Source of the DNA: an uncultured Oscillospiraceae bacterium
GTDB taxonomy: Bacteria; Bacillota; Clostridia; Oscillospirales; Oscillospiraceae
Direction of reading: 5' to 3'
Assembly: GCA_964499615.1 (NCBI GenBank)
Contig: CAZCLX010000001.1
Coordinates: forward strand, 1-52,700
DNA length: 52,700 bases
How positions within the stretch are numbered: the first letter of the stretch is position 1; the number at the start of each line of letters is the position of its first letter. The position numbers were made by a program, and so were the translations under genes. Below the pieces are notes generated by a model. It was not told the DNA's origin. It searched no databases and saw only the letters and a list, made by a program, of their open reading frames with translations. This document shows, piece after piece, positions 28,839 to 37,804 of the stretch.

Positions 28839-29467
28839 TTGAGAATATTGTGTTTGATATGGGTCAGGTGCTGATTTATTGGCAGCCAAAACGGCTGATC
28901 GCTCACCTTGGCTTGTCCCCCCAGGATGAGGATATGTTGTTTCAAGAGCTGTTCCAGAGTGTTGAGTGGCTCATGCTGGATCGTGGAACCATCTCTGGGG
29001 AGGAAGCGGTTGAGCGGGTCTGCGCCCGGCTTCCGGAAAAGCTGCATTACGCCGTATGGGAGGAAGTTTTCCACTGGCATGAGCGACCCCTAGACGGGAT
29101 GGAAGGCATGGCGGATCTGATCCGGGAACTGAAAGGGAAAGGCTACGGCATCTACCTGCTGTCCAATGCCAGCCTTTCGCTGAGAAGCTATTTCCACCGG
29201 ATCCCCGGGGCGGAATGCTTTGACGGGCTGATGGTTTCCTCTGAGGAAAAGCTGCTGAAACCACAGCACGAAATATATGAAGCCTTTCTTGACCGGTTTT
29301 CCCTGAAACCGGAGACCTGTTTTTTCGTAGATGACACACCAGCCAACGTGGAGGGCGCCAACTGTGTTGGTATCCACGGAACCGTCTTTCGGGGGAGCAC
29401 CCCCCGCCTCCGCCAGGAGCTGCAAGCCGCCGGCATCCGCGTTCAGCGGTTAGCTGTTAGCTGTTAG
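28835..29467 (+). CDS. HAD-family phosphatase
   Basis: IVFDMGQVL, LLSNA, KP, FFVDD; ATGA overlap with the permease gene. Confidence 0.85.
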   Translation: MIENIVFDMGQVLIYWQPKRLIAHLGLSPQDEDMLFQELFQSVEWLMLDRGTISGEEAVERVCARLPEKLHYAVWEEVFHWHERPLDGMEGMADLIRELKGKGYGIYLLSNASLSLRSYFHRIPGAECFDGLMVSSEEKLLKPQHEIYEAFLDRFSLKPETCFFVDDTPANVEGANCVGIHGTVFRGSTPRLRQELQAAGIRVQRLAVSC

Positions 29468-29474
29468 CGGTTAG
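29446..29474 (+). repeat. Heptamer tandem repeat GC(G/T)GTTA x4
   Basis: GCGGTTA GCTGTTA GCTGTTA GCGGTTA G, overlapping the HAD stop codon. Confidence 0.85.
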
Positions 29475-29631
29475 AAAACGCAGGGCGCTCCATCCTCGAT
29501 ACTTTTCTTGTAAATATTACCCCGCAAGAAAATATTAAACATTTCCTCCCGGTTTCCGCCGGGAGGGTTGTTTACTTTTTGGCGAATTCATGGTATCATA
29601 ACAAAAATGGAAAAAGTGGGTTGATGAAATT

Positions 29632-30789
29632 TTGAGTTTTGACAGTACCCAGCTGCTGATTGATTTGGACGCCATTTCCCGGAATATTGACGCCGTCCGG
29701 GAAAAGAGCGGGAAGCTGGTTATGGCGGTCGTGAAGGCGGATGCCTATGGTCATGGGGCGGTTCAGGTCGCCCGGCTGCTCCAGGACAAGTGCGCGTTTT
29801 TCGGCGTCAGTTCCATATTAGAGGCGCTGGAGCTGCGGCAGGCAGGCGTGACCACTCCCATTCTGGTTCTGGGCTATACCCCACCGGAAGCCTTCCCCAC
29901 AGCTGTCGTGGGCGGGATCCGTCCGGCGATTTTCCACTATGAGGACGCGGTTGCACTCTCCCAGGCGGCGGTATCCGCCGGAATAACCGCCCCCTTCCAC
30001 ATTGCCGTGGACACCGGCATGAGCCGGATCGGCTTCCAGCCGGAGGAGCGCACTGCTGACCTGTGCGCAAAAATCGCTGCCCTCCCCGGGATTGTTCCGG
30101 AGGGACTTTTCAGCCACTTCGCCACTGCCGACTGTGCCGATTTGACCCGGGCACGGCAGCAGGCGGAACGTTTTGATGTCTTTGATCGGATGCTGCGTGC
30201 CCGGGGGGTGGAGATCCCCCTCCGCCATCTGGACAACTCCGCCGGACTGATGAACTTTTCCTCCCGCTATGAGATGGTTCGTTCCGGTATCGTCACCTAT
30301 GGAATGTACCCCAGCGAGGAAGTGTCCCCGGCGCTGATGCCTCTGACCCCTGCCCTTCGATGGGTCAGCCGGATCACCCATCTGAAAGAGCTGCCTGCCG
30401 GACGGGAAATCAGCTACGGCGGAACCTATGTCACCACCGCTCCCACCCGGGTAGCTACCGTTCCGGTTGGCTACGCCGACGGCTATCGCCGCAGTCTCTC
30501 CGGGCGGTTCTCTGTCCTGATCCGGGGCAAACGTGCCCCCATTTTGGGCAGAGTTTGCATGGATCAGATGATGGTGGACGTGACGGATATTCCCGACGTA
30601 ACCATGGAGGATACTGTGGTGCTGGTGGGATCCAGCGGCGAGGAAACCATTACCGTGGAGGATATCGCCCGGGCGGCAGACAGCTTTAACTATGAATTCG
30701 TATGCGGCATCAGCCGCCGGGTGCCCCGGGTTTATTTGACCGGCGGGAAACCCACCTGCACCGTTCACTATTTGCTGAACGAGATTTAG
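29632..30789 (+). CDS. alr: Alanine racemase
   Basis: AVVKADAYGHG (PLP Lys), DTGMSRIG, ISYGG, VGYADG, GRVCMDQ; TTG start. Confidence 0.95.
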   Translation: MSFDSTQLLIDLDAISRNIDAVREKSGKLVMAVVKADAYGHGAVQVARLLQDKCAFFGVSSILEALELRQAGVTTPILVLGYTPPEAFPTAVVGGIRPAIFHYEDAVALSQAAVSAGITAPFHIAVDTGMSRIGFQPEERTADLCAKIAALPGIVPEGLFSHFATADCADLTRARQQAERFDVFDRMLRARGVEIPLRHLDNSAGLMNFSSRYEMVRSGIVTYGMYPSEEVSPALMPLTPALRWVSRITHLKELPAGREISYGGTYVTTAPTRVATVPVGYADGYRRSLSGRFSVLIRGKRAPILGRVCMDQMMVDVTDIPDVTMEDTVVLVGSSGEETITVEDIARAADSFNYEFVCGISRRVPRVYLTGGKPTCTVHYLLNEI

Positions 30790-30801
30790 AGGGAGAACGA
30801 T

Positions 30802-32202
30802 ATGCCAGGAAAATTTGAAGCCCCTCGGGGCAAGAAAAAAGGCGGATGGTTGATTCCGGTTATTATCATCCTGCTTCTTGCGGTGCTGGCATGTGCCGCC
30901 GTTTGGTATCTGAAACAGGATCGAGCTCTGAAGGAAACGCTGCCCACTGCGGGCACAACGGAAGCGACAACCCAGCCTACGCAGACGGAGGCTCTGCCTC
31001 CGGAGACAACCATGCCGGAACCAGAGCATGTGGTTTCCACAGCGACCATCTCTGCCACCGGCGACATATTGATGCACAAACCCATCATCACCGCCGGCGC
31101 TCAGGGAGACGGAACCTATAACTTTGACTTTATCTTCCAATATTTGAAGGAATATTCCGAAAACACAGACTACGCCGTCGCCAACCTGGAAACCACCCTG
31201 GCAGGTTCCGGGAAGCCTTACCAAGGCTACCCCATGTTCAACTGCCCGGATGAGATTGCCGATGCCGCCAGGGATGCGGGCTTTGATATGCTCCTCACCG
31301 CCAACAACCACAGTATGGATACCGGCAAGGACGGGTATCTTCGGACAATAGAGGTCGTTCGAGAAGCGGGACTGGAAACCTTGGGAACCATGCTGTCCGC
31401 CGAGGATCCCAGGTACACCATCCAGGACATTAACGGCATCCGGGTGGGGATGATCTGCTACACCTACGACACCTCCAGCTCCACGGGAGGTACGCTCTCC
31501 TTGAACGGTCTCCCTATGACCGGATTGTCCCGGGACAATATCAACTGCTACAACCCGGATAACCCCCAGTCTATGTATGACGAGGTGGCGGGGTATCTGG
31601 AGGAAATGCGGGACGCCGATGTGGATGCCACCATTCTATTCATCCACTGGGGCCCCCAGGAATACGCTCTATCCCCTCTGGACGCCCATACGAAAATCGC
31701 CCAGAAGTTCTGTGATATGGGCATTGACGTGATCATCGGCGGGCATCCCCACGTGGTTCAGCCCATGGATCTGCTGACCAGCAATGAGGATCCAAACCAC
31801 AAAACCGTTGTCCTCTACTCCATGGGCAACGCCGTGTCCAACCAGCGGCTGGGGAACCTTTCCCAAGTAAAAACCGCCCACACCGAGGACGGCGTTTGGA
31901 TCAGCGTCACCTTCTCCAAGTATTCCGACGGTACGGTGTACCTGGACAGTGTGAGCTTGATGCCCACCTGGGTGTACCTGAATCAGAAATACTATATCCT
32001 CCCCCTGGACAAGGACAAAGAGGATCAGTGGGGAAGCCTGTTTAACATTGGCGAAAGCACGGTGAACGCGGCAAAGGACTCCTACCAGCGAACCATGGAT
32101 CTGGTAGGGGAGGGCCTTACAAAATGTCAGGACTACCTGGAAAGTAGTCGGCAGCAGCGGGAGGCGGATTACCTGGCCGCCGTTTTGCCAAATGCCGCAT
32201 AA
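30802..32202 (+). CDS. CapA (PGA_cap) family membrane-anchored metallo-hydrolase
   Basis: ATGDILMH, ANLET, TANNHSMD, IHWG, GGHPHVVQP, YSMGN. Confidence 0.88.
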   Translation: MPGKFEAPRGKKKGGWLIPVIIILLLAVLACAAVWYLKQDRALKETLPTAGTTEATTQPTQTEALPPETTMPEPEHVVSTATISATGDILMHKPIITAGAQGDGTYNFDFIFQYLKEYSENTDYAVANLETTLAGSGKPYQGYPMFNCPDEIADAARDAGFDMLLTANNHSMDTGKDGYLRTIEVVREAGLETLGTMLSAEDPRYTIQDINGIRVGMICYTYDTSSSTGGTLSLNGLPMTGLSRDNINCYNPDNPQSMYDEVAGYLEEMRDADVDATILFIHWGPQEYALSPLDAHTKIAQKFCDMGIDVIIGGHPHVVQPMDLLTSNEDPNHKTVVLYSMGNAVSNQRLGNLSQVKTAHTEDGVWISVTFSKYSDGTVYLDSVSLMPTWVYLNQKYYILPLDKDKEDQWGSLFNIGESTVNAAKDSYQRTMDLVGEGLTKCQDYLESSRQQREADYLAAVLPNAA

Positions 32203-32232
32203 TAAAAGGCACGTCGTTTCTGCGATGCTCCT

Positions 32233-33048
32233 TTATCTCTGTTTACAGGCGTAGTAGTATGCCTGACGATAGTCCTCCTGTTCCCGGCAGCATTGCTCCA
32301 GAAGAGGATAGACCTGCTGGGGATAATCCTGTTCCGCCTGATGAAAGCAGCGCTCCGCCTGGGGAAAGAGGCTCCCAAGCAGATAGCACTTTCCCCGGAG
32401 GTAATTCCATTGGGGGGAGGCTTGATCGCTGCAGGCGTCCAACAGATGAGCTGCCCGGGCGGCGTCCTCTGTTTCCAGCGCCCCGGCGGCTCGGAGAAGC
32501 AGCTCTCCGTCCAAATCCGGCAGGGATGGGATCATCTCCTGGAGGCGGGACTCTCGGAGCCGCCCATGAATCAGCAGCCGCCGGCGGCGAAGCTCCGGAA
32601 GAAGGTTTAGCGGCGGAAGCGCCTCCAGGCTTTCCGATTGCCTGAGCAGCTGGAGGGCGTAGGGTTCCCGCCCCTGGGCAATGGCTTCCTCTGCCTGACG
32701 GATTATTACCTGCCATGCCATCAGCCGGTATTCCCGGTCAAAGGTCTCGTCCGGGCCGGTATACCCTTCCAAAGCCTTAGCGACGGCGTCAAAGTCTCCG
32801 CTATCGAAGGCCAGCCGGGCGGCATTGATGGCGTCCCGGTTGGGGGAAAGTACCGTGTTTTCGTCTAGGAACCAGGACAGAGGCTTGCTCAGCCGGGCGG
32901 CGAAATACGCCAAGGTTTCCATGGAAGGGTGGGCGGATCCGTTTTCAATTTGGGAAAGCATATTCCGCGTGACTTGATCTCCGCACAGCTGCCTCTGGGA
33001 CAGCCCCGCTTCCTGCCTCGCCTGCTTCAGCTTTTCTCCCAGTTCCAT
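32233..33048 (-). CDS. XRE HTH + TPR-like transcriptional regulator (PlcR/RRNPP-like architecture)
   Basis: LGEKLKQARQEAGLSQRQL...MLSQIENGSAHPS; C-terminal helical TPR-like repeats. Confidence 0.75.
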   Translation of the reverse strand: MELGEKLKQARQEAGLSQRQLCGDQVTRNMLSQIENGSAHPSMETLAYFAARLSKPLSWFLDENTVLSPNRDAINAARLAFDSGDFDAVAKALEGYTGPDETFDREYRLMAWQVIIRQAEEAIAQGREPYALQLLRQSESLEALPPLNLLPELRRRRLLIHGRLRESRLQEMIPSLPDLDGELLLRAAGALETEDAARAAHLLDACSDQASPQWNYLRGKCYLLGSLFPQAERCFHQAEQDYPQQVYPLLEQCCREQEDYRQAYYYACKQR

Positions 33049-33190
33049 TTCCGTTCCTCCGGGTAAAAATTATTTACCTTATTGTATCACAGTTTCCTGA
33101 AAATTACCATAGTTACAAAAAATTCATTTGCTATTTCCTCTGGTATGGTTTATAACTATACTATGCTTAATTTTGGAAGGAAGCTGCTTT

Positions 33191-34195
33191 ATGGAATTAC
33201 CGCAATCCTGTGTTTTGAAGAATACCGCCAAACGCCGGCTTCATAGCGCTGGGGAAACGAAAAAAATAGTGTTGATCTATACCGGGATCCTTACCGCTGT
33301 CTCTGCCGCCACCACGGTGATCCAATATGTTCTGAGCAGTGGAATCTCTCAGACTGGGGGACTTCAAAATCTGGGAACTCGATCCGTTCTGAGCACCGTG
33401 AGCACTGTGTTGCCTTTGGTTCAGTTCTTGATTTTAACCTGCCTGGGGCTGGGCTTCACTGCCGCGATGCTTCGTACTGCCCGAGGGCAGTATACGTCAC
33501 CGAAGACATTGAAGGCTGGCGTGGAGCGATTCTGGGTGCTCCTTCGGTGCACGTTGCTCCAGGGGCTGATTTATGCCGGAATTGGCATTGCGGGTTCCTA
33601 TCTGGCATCAGTGATTTTTATGCTCAGTCCGCTGGGTGACCGGGCGGTGGATCAGCTGATGCCGCTGCTGGCCGAAAGCGGGGAAAGTCTTGTGGAAATA
33701 GATGCCGAAATGGAAGACGCGGTGACGGAGGCGCTTGCCCCCATGATTCCGGCGTTTCTGCTGATTTTCCTGGCGGTGTTCCTGCTTATGGCCATACCGA
33801 TGATATATCGCTACCGAATGGTGGACTATTTGATCATTGACCGCCCCGGGATTGGGGCATTCGCGGCGCTCCGGGAGAGCCGCAGGATGATGCGGGGAAA
33901 TCGATTCCGCTTGTTTCGGCTGGATTTGAGCTTCTGGTGGTATTACGCGCTGTCCGCACTGGCGGCGGTGATTTGCTACGGGGATGTATTGATAGAGATT
34001 TTGGGAATTTCCCTGCCTCTCTCTGCCGATACGGCATATTTCCTGTTTTATGGGATATATCTTGCCATTAATTTCGCCGTTTTTTATTTCTTTGCTGCCC
34101 GGGTGGAGTGCACCTACGCCGCGGCTTACGATTCCCTGACCCCCAAGCAGCCGCTCCAGCAGGGCGCGGTGCTGGGAAATATCTTCCAGATGTGA
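33191..34195 (+). CDS. DUF975-like integral membrane protein
   Basis: Multi-TM; YRMVDYLIID..AFAALRESRRMMRGNRFRLFRLDLSF. Confidence 0.75.
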   Translation: MELPQSCVLKNTAKRRLHSAGETKKIVLIYTGILTAVSAATTVIQYVLSSGISQTGGLQNLGTRSVLSTVSTVLPLVQFLILTCLGLGFTAAMLRTARGQYTSPKTLKAGVERFWVLLRCTLLQGLIYAGIGIAGSYLASVIFMLSPLGDRAVDQLMPLLAESGESLVEIDAEMEDAVTEALAPMIPAFLLIFLAVFLLMAIPMIYRYRMVDYLIIDRPGIGAFAALRESRRMMRGNRFRLFRLDLSFWWYYALSALAAVICYGDVLIEILGISLPLSADTAYFLFYGIYLAINFAVFYFFAARVECTYAAAYDSLTPKQPLQQGAVLGNIFQM

Positions 34196-34204
34196 CAAAC
34201 CAAT

Positions 34205-34250
34205 TCCCCAAATCGGTCTCCACAAGAGAAACCGATTTGGGGATTTTTTT
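34205..34250 (+). terminator. Intrinsic terminator upstream of vanR
   Basis: TCCCCAAATCGGT...ACCGATTTGGGGA followed by TTTTTTT. Confidence 0.85.
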
Positions 34251-34281
34251 GCAATGACTTCGATATTCAAAAATCAGCAAA

Positions 34282-34327
34282 TCGTAAGAAACGGGCAGTG
34301 GGATTTTGACGACCAGTGTGATATAAT
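34282..34327 (+). promoter_or_regulatory. vanR promoter: putative VanR box and extended -10
   Basis: TCGTAAGAAA at 34282; TGATATAAT at 34319-34327. Confidence 0.55.
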
Positions 34328-34352
34328 TGCCGTGAGAAAGGGGGCGCGGCAA

Positions 34353-35045
34353 GTGGAAGAAGCCGTTCTGGTGGTGGATGACGAGCGGGAGATCACCGAC
34401 CTGCTGGAAGTATACTTGAAAAATGACGGATTTCGTGTCCGAAAAGCCTACTGCGGCGCCGACGCGCTGAGAATCGTGGCGGAGGAGCCTCCGGCGCTTG
34501 CCATTCTGGATGTGATGCTGCCGGATATGGATGGGTATGCCGTCTGCCAAAGGATCCGGGAGGACTGCTTTTTCCCCATTATTATGCTGACCGCCAAGGT
34601 GGATGACAGCGATAAAATCATGGGATTGACCATCGGTGCTGATGACTACATCACAAAGCCCTTCAATCCATTGGAGGTTTTGGCTCGGGTCAAGACGCAG
34701 CTGCGGCGTTACCGGCTGTACAATCATTCCGGAGAGCCGGAGGATACAGCCGGATACCAGATCCGGGGCCTGGAAATCAGCAAGGTGAGCCATAAATGCT
34801 TCCTGTACGGTAGGGAGCTTTCCTTCACCCCTACCGAGTTTGAGGTGATCTGGTATCTGTGCCAAAACCAGGGGAAGGTGGTTTCCTCCGAGAAGCTGTT
34901 TGAAGCGGTGTGGGGTGAAAAATTTTACGACAGCAACAACACGGTGATGGCCCACATCAGCCGGATCCGGGAGAAAATGCGGGAACCGGCGAGAAAGCCC
35001 CGCTATATCAAAACCGTCTGGGGAGTGGGCTATGTTATCGAGTAA
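34353..35045 (+). CDS. vanR: VanR-type OmpR-family response regulator
   Basis: VLVVDDEREITDL, DKIMGLTIGADDYITKPFNPLE, NNTVMAHI, YIKTVWGVGY; GTG start gives 230 aa; context with vanHAX. Confidence 0.88.
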   Translation: MEEAVLVVDDEREITDLLEVYLKNDGFRVRKAYCGADALRIVAEEPPALAILDVMLPDMDGYAVCQRIREDCFFPIIMLTAKVDDSDKIMGLTIGADDYITKPFNPLEVLARVKTQLRRYRLYNHSGEPEDTAGYQIRGLEISKVSHKCFLYGRELSFTPTEFEVIWYLCQNQGKVVSSEKLFEAVWGEKFYDSNNTVMAHISRIREKMREPARKPRYIKTVWGVGYVIE

Positions 35046-36183
35046 GAAATGTAAGCCGGGGGAATACGCCCTGCTGCAGCGGAAGCTGGTTTGCCGCGCC
35101 GCCGGGATGCTGCTGTTGGCGGGGGCGGTGGTATACTTTTTGTATTTTCTAATTTTAAGGGGGCGTTTCGCGGAAGCGGTGATATTCGCGCTGGAAAAAC
35201 TGCTTAACAACGAATGCGACGCCAGGATCCTTTACACCCGGCTTCTGCGCAATCATATCGAGCTGCTTTATTCCTGTGCCACCATCGTTGTGTTCCTTTT
35301 TATCCTGCGGTTTTATGTTGCAGGATTTACGAAGTATTTTAATGAAATCAATCTGGGGATCGACTCCCTGGTGGAGGAAAGCCCGGAGGGGGCGGCGCTG
35401 TCCCCGGAGCTTGCCGAAACCCAGCGGAAAATCGAGGAGATCCGCTCCACCCTTTACCGGCGGAAGGAGGAGGCCAATCTCACCGAGCAGCGGAAAAACG
35501 ATATGATCGTCTATCTTGCCCACGACCTGAAAACGCCCCTTTCCTCCGTGGTGGGCTACCTGTCCCTGCTGCGGGATGGAGGGGAGCTTCCCCAGGCGGC
35601 ACGGGATAAGGCACTGGAGGTTTCCCTCAGAAAGGCGGAGCGGATGGAGGACCTAATCGACGAGCTGCTGGAAATTGCCAAATTTAATTGCGCAAAGGTG
35701 GAGCTGAACTACCGGCAGATCGATTTGACGGTGCTATTAAGCCAGACGGTTTCCGAGTTCCAGCCGATGCTGAGGGAGCAGGGGTTCCGGTGGGAGCTGA
35801 CCGTGTCCCAGGAGATGAAAATGGTATGCGATCCCAACCGGCTCCAACGGGTGTTCGATAACCTTCTGCGAAACGCCGTCAGCTACGGAACGCCGGGGAC
35901 AACGATCCGGGTGGAGGCGGAGCGGGAAGGGGAGTGGGTACGGATCCGGTTTATAAACCGGGGAAAGACCATCCCGCCGGAGCAGATGGATAAGATTTTT
36001 GAGCAGTTTTACCGCCTGGACGCTTCCCGAAGCAGCGCCAGCGGAGGAAGCGGCCTGGGGCTTGCCATCGCCAAAGAAATTGTGGAGCTGCATCATGGCT
36101 CCATTTCCGCGGAAAGCGGGGACGGGATTACCGTGTTTACCGTCTGCGTGCCGGTTCAGTCACCCGCAATGGGAAAGTCATAG
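35032..36183 (+). CDS. vanS: VanS-type sensor histidine kinase
   Basis: RKNDMIVYLAHDLKTPLSSVVGYLSLL, RVFDNLLRNAVSY, FYRLD, GGSGLGLAIAKEIV. Confidence 0.88.
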   Translation: MLSSKKCKPGEYALLQRKLVCRAAGMLLLAGAVVYFLYFLILRGRFAEAVIFALEKLLNNECDARILYTRLLRNHIELLYSCATIVVFLFILRFYVAGFTKYFNEINLGIDSLVEESPEGAALSPELAETQRKIEEIRSTLYRRKEEANLTEQRKNDMIVYLAHDLKTPLSSVVGYLSLLRDGGELPQAARDKALEVSLRKAERMEDLIDELLEIAKFNCAKVELNYRQIDLTVLLSQTVSEFQPMLREQGFRWELTVSQEMKMVCDPNRLQRVFDNLLRNAVSYGTPGTTIRVEAEREGEWVRIRFINRGKTIPPEQMDKIFEQFYRLDASRSSASGGSGLGLAIAKEIVELHHGSISAESGDGITVFTVCVPVQSPAMGKS

Positions 36184-36767
36184 CAGGTATCCGAGCCAAT
36201 GGGTGGGAGGCTGTAGTGCCACCATTCGTTGGGCAGCGCCTGAAAGCCGCTTTCCTCCATGATGGAGCGGAGCGTTTCCCGCCCGGCGGCGGCCTCGGGG
36301 GAAATCCCTCTTGCCCCGTGGTGGGAGCGGGGATCCATATAGTCAAAACGTCCGCCCATTGGGACAAGACCTCCGGTATCCAGCCGGAAAAGGGTCAGAT
36401 CCACGGCGCAGCCTCTGCTGTGCCCGGATCGGGCGGCAATGTAGCCTTTTTCAACCAGCTCCCCCCGGCTTAGCCGGGGGTAAAATTTTGCTTTTGTCTC
36501 CCTGTTTTCCGGCGCCTGGGCCCACCGAAGAAAGGCATTCACTGCCCGCTGGGGACGGTAGGCGTCCCAGAGCAGGAGGCCGTACCCCCTTTGGGCGGCA
36601 AGCTTCTGCGCCTTCCGAAGATCCGCCGCCAGGGCAAGAGAACCCACCACCCGGTTGGCAAGGTAACCCTCCACCGGCTTCCCAGTGAAATTGTCCCAGG
36701 TAGCGTACTTGGTGTCCCAGCGGATGCCGGGCACTGCCTCATCCAGGAAAACGAATCCCTCCGTCAT
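36156..36767 (-). CDS. vanX: D-Ala-D-Ala dipeptidase
   Basis: GFVFLDE..GIRWDTKYATWDNFTGKPV, WDAYRPQRAV, SGHSRGCAVD, EWWHY; ATG 36767 overlaps the ligase stop; 203 aa. Confidence 0.93.
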   Translation of the reverse strand: MTEGFVFLDEAVPGIRWDTKYATWDNFTGKPVEGYLANRVVGSLALAADLRKAQKLAAQRGYGLLLWDAYRPQRAVNAFLRWAQAPENRETKAKFYPRLSRGELVEKGYIAARSGHSRGCAVDLTLFRLDTGGLVPMGGRFDYMDPRSHHGARGISPEAAAGRETLRSIMEESGFQALPNEWWHYSLPPIGSDTCYDFPIAGD

Positions 36768-37804
36768 GGCCTTGCCTCCCGAAGGGCGTCTTCCATCAGT
36801 CGGTCCACCACCTGGGGCAGGGCCCAGCCCGCCGCCTCCATCATCCGGGGATAGCGGCTGTAGGAGGTAAATCCCGGCATGGTGTTCACCTCGTTGAGAA
36901 TGATTTGACCGTCCGGGCAGAGAAACAGATCCACCCTGGCAAGCCCCCCGCACCCCAGCGCCCGGAAAACAGCAACGGCGGTTTCCTTCACCGCCTTGGT
37001 TTCCGCCGGGGAGATATCCGCAGGTACGGTGATATGGGAGTTTTCGCTGCCCTGTTCCGGGGCGGGCTCCTGGTGGATTCGGAAAAAGCCTCCGGATAGG
37101 GTGACCTGATCCACTTCTCCTACCGTCAGGTTTTCCCCGCTGCCCAGGACGGAGCAGCCCACTTCCGTTCCGGTAACGGCTCGCTCGATCAGCACCTTCT
37201 GGTCGTAGCGCCTGGCAAGGGCAATGGCGGGTGGCAAACTCTCTGCGGAGATCACCTTGGTGACGCCGAAGGAGGAGCCGGATCGGGCCGGTTTTACAAA
37301 CACCGGGTAGGGGAGGGCCAGCCCCTCCGGCAAGCGATCGTCATGTAAGACCCAGTGCTCCGGTACGGGTATCCCCGCCCGGGCGGCGACCAGATAGGTC
37401 AGGGATTTATCCATGCACAGGGCACTGGCAGCCACGCCGCAGCCCACATAGGGGATCCCAGCTAGCTCCAGCAGTCCCTGAATGCACCCGTCCTCGCCGC
37501 ATCTGCCGTGAAGCATGGGGAAAACAATGTCCACGTCGATTTTTTGAAAGTGATTCCCGGAAATTTGGAGCAGTCCCTTATTTCCTTGGCTGGGGGAGAG
37601 AAAAACCTGCTCGTCAGCGGTTTCCTCCCAGTTCTTGCAAGGCTTGGCACAGCGCTTCCAGATCCCGCTTTTGGTGATACCAATATAGATGGGGATATAT
37701 TTTTCCGGATCCAGGCAATCTGCCAGCCGGATGGCGGATTTGACGGAAATATCGTGCTCCTCTGAGCAGCCGCCAAATAAAACCGCAATTTTTCGCTTAT
37801 TCAT
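36764..37804 (-). CDS. vanA: D-Ala:D-Lac ligase (VanA/B/D-like; allele type unassigned)
   Basis: FGGCSEEHDISVKSA, KPARSGSSFGV, GFFRIHQE (His typical of D-Lac ligases), PEQGSENS, EVNTMPGFTSYSRYPRMM. Confidence 0.88.
   Translation of the reverse strand: MNKRKIAVLFGGCSEEHDISVKSAIRLADCLDPEKYIPIYIGITKSGIWKRCAKPCKNWEETADEQVFLSPSQGNKGLLQISGNHFQKIDVDIVFPMLHGRCGEDGCIQGLLELAGIPYVGCGVAASALCMDKSLTYLVAARAGIPVPEHWVLHDDRLPEGLALPYPVFVKPARSGSSFGVTKVISAESLPPAIALARRYDQKVLIERAVTGTEVGCSVLGSGENLTVGEVDQVTLSGGFFRIHQEPAPEQGSENSHITVPADISPAETKAVKETAVAVFRALGCGGLARVDLFLCPDGQIILNEVNTMPGFTSYSRYPRMMEAAGWALPQVVDRLMEDALREARP

Noticed and set aside
29632-30789. VanT serine racemase
   Set aside because: No N-terminal membrane domain, and the nearby ligase is D-Lac type; this is an ordinary Alr.
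30802-32202. Poly-gamma-glutamate capsule locus
   Set aside because: No capB/capC; stand-alone CapA-domain genes are common.
34306-34327. TTGACG as the -35 of the vanR promoter
   Set aside because: Only 10 nt from TATAAT; an extended -10 fits better.
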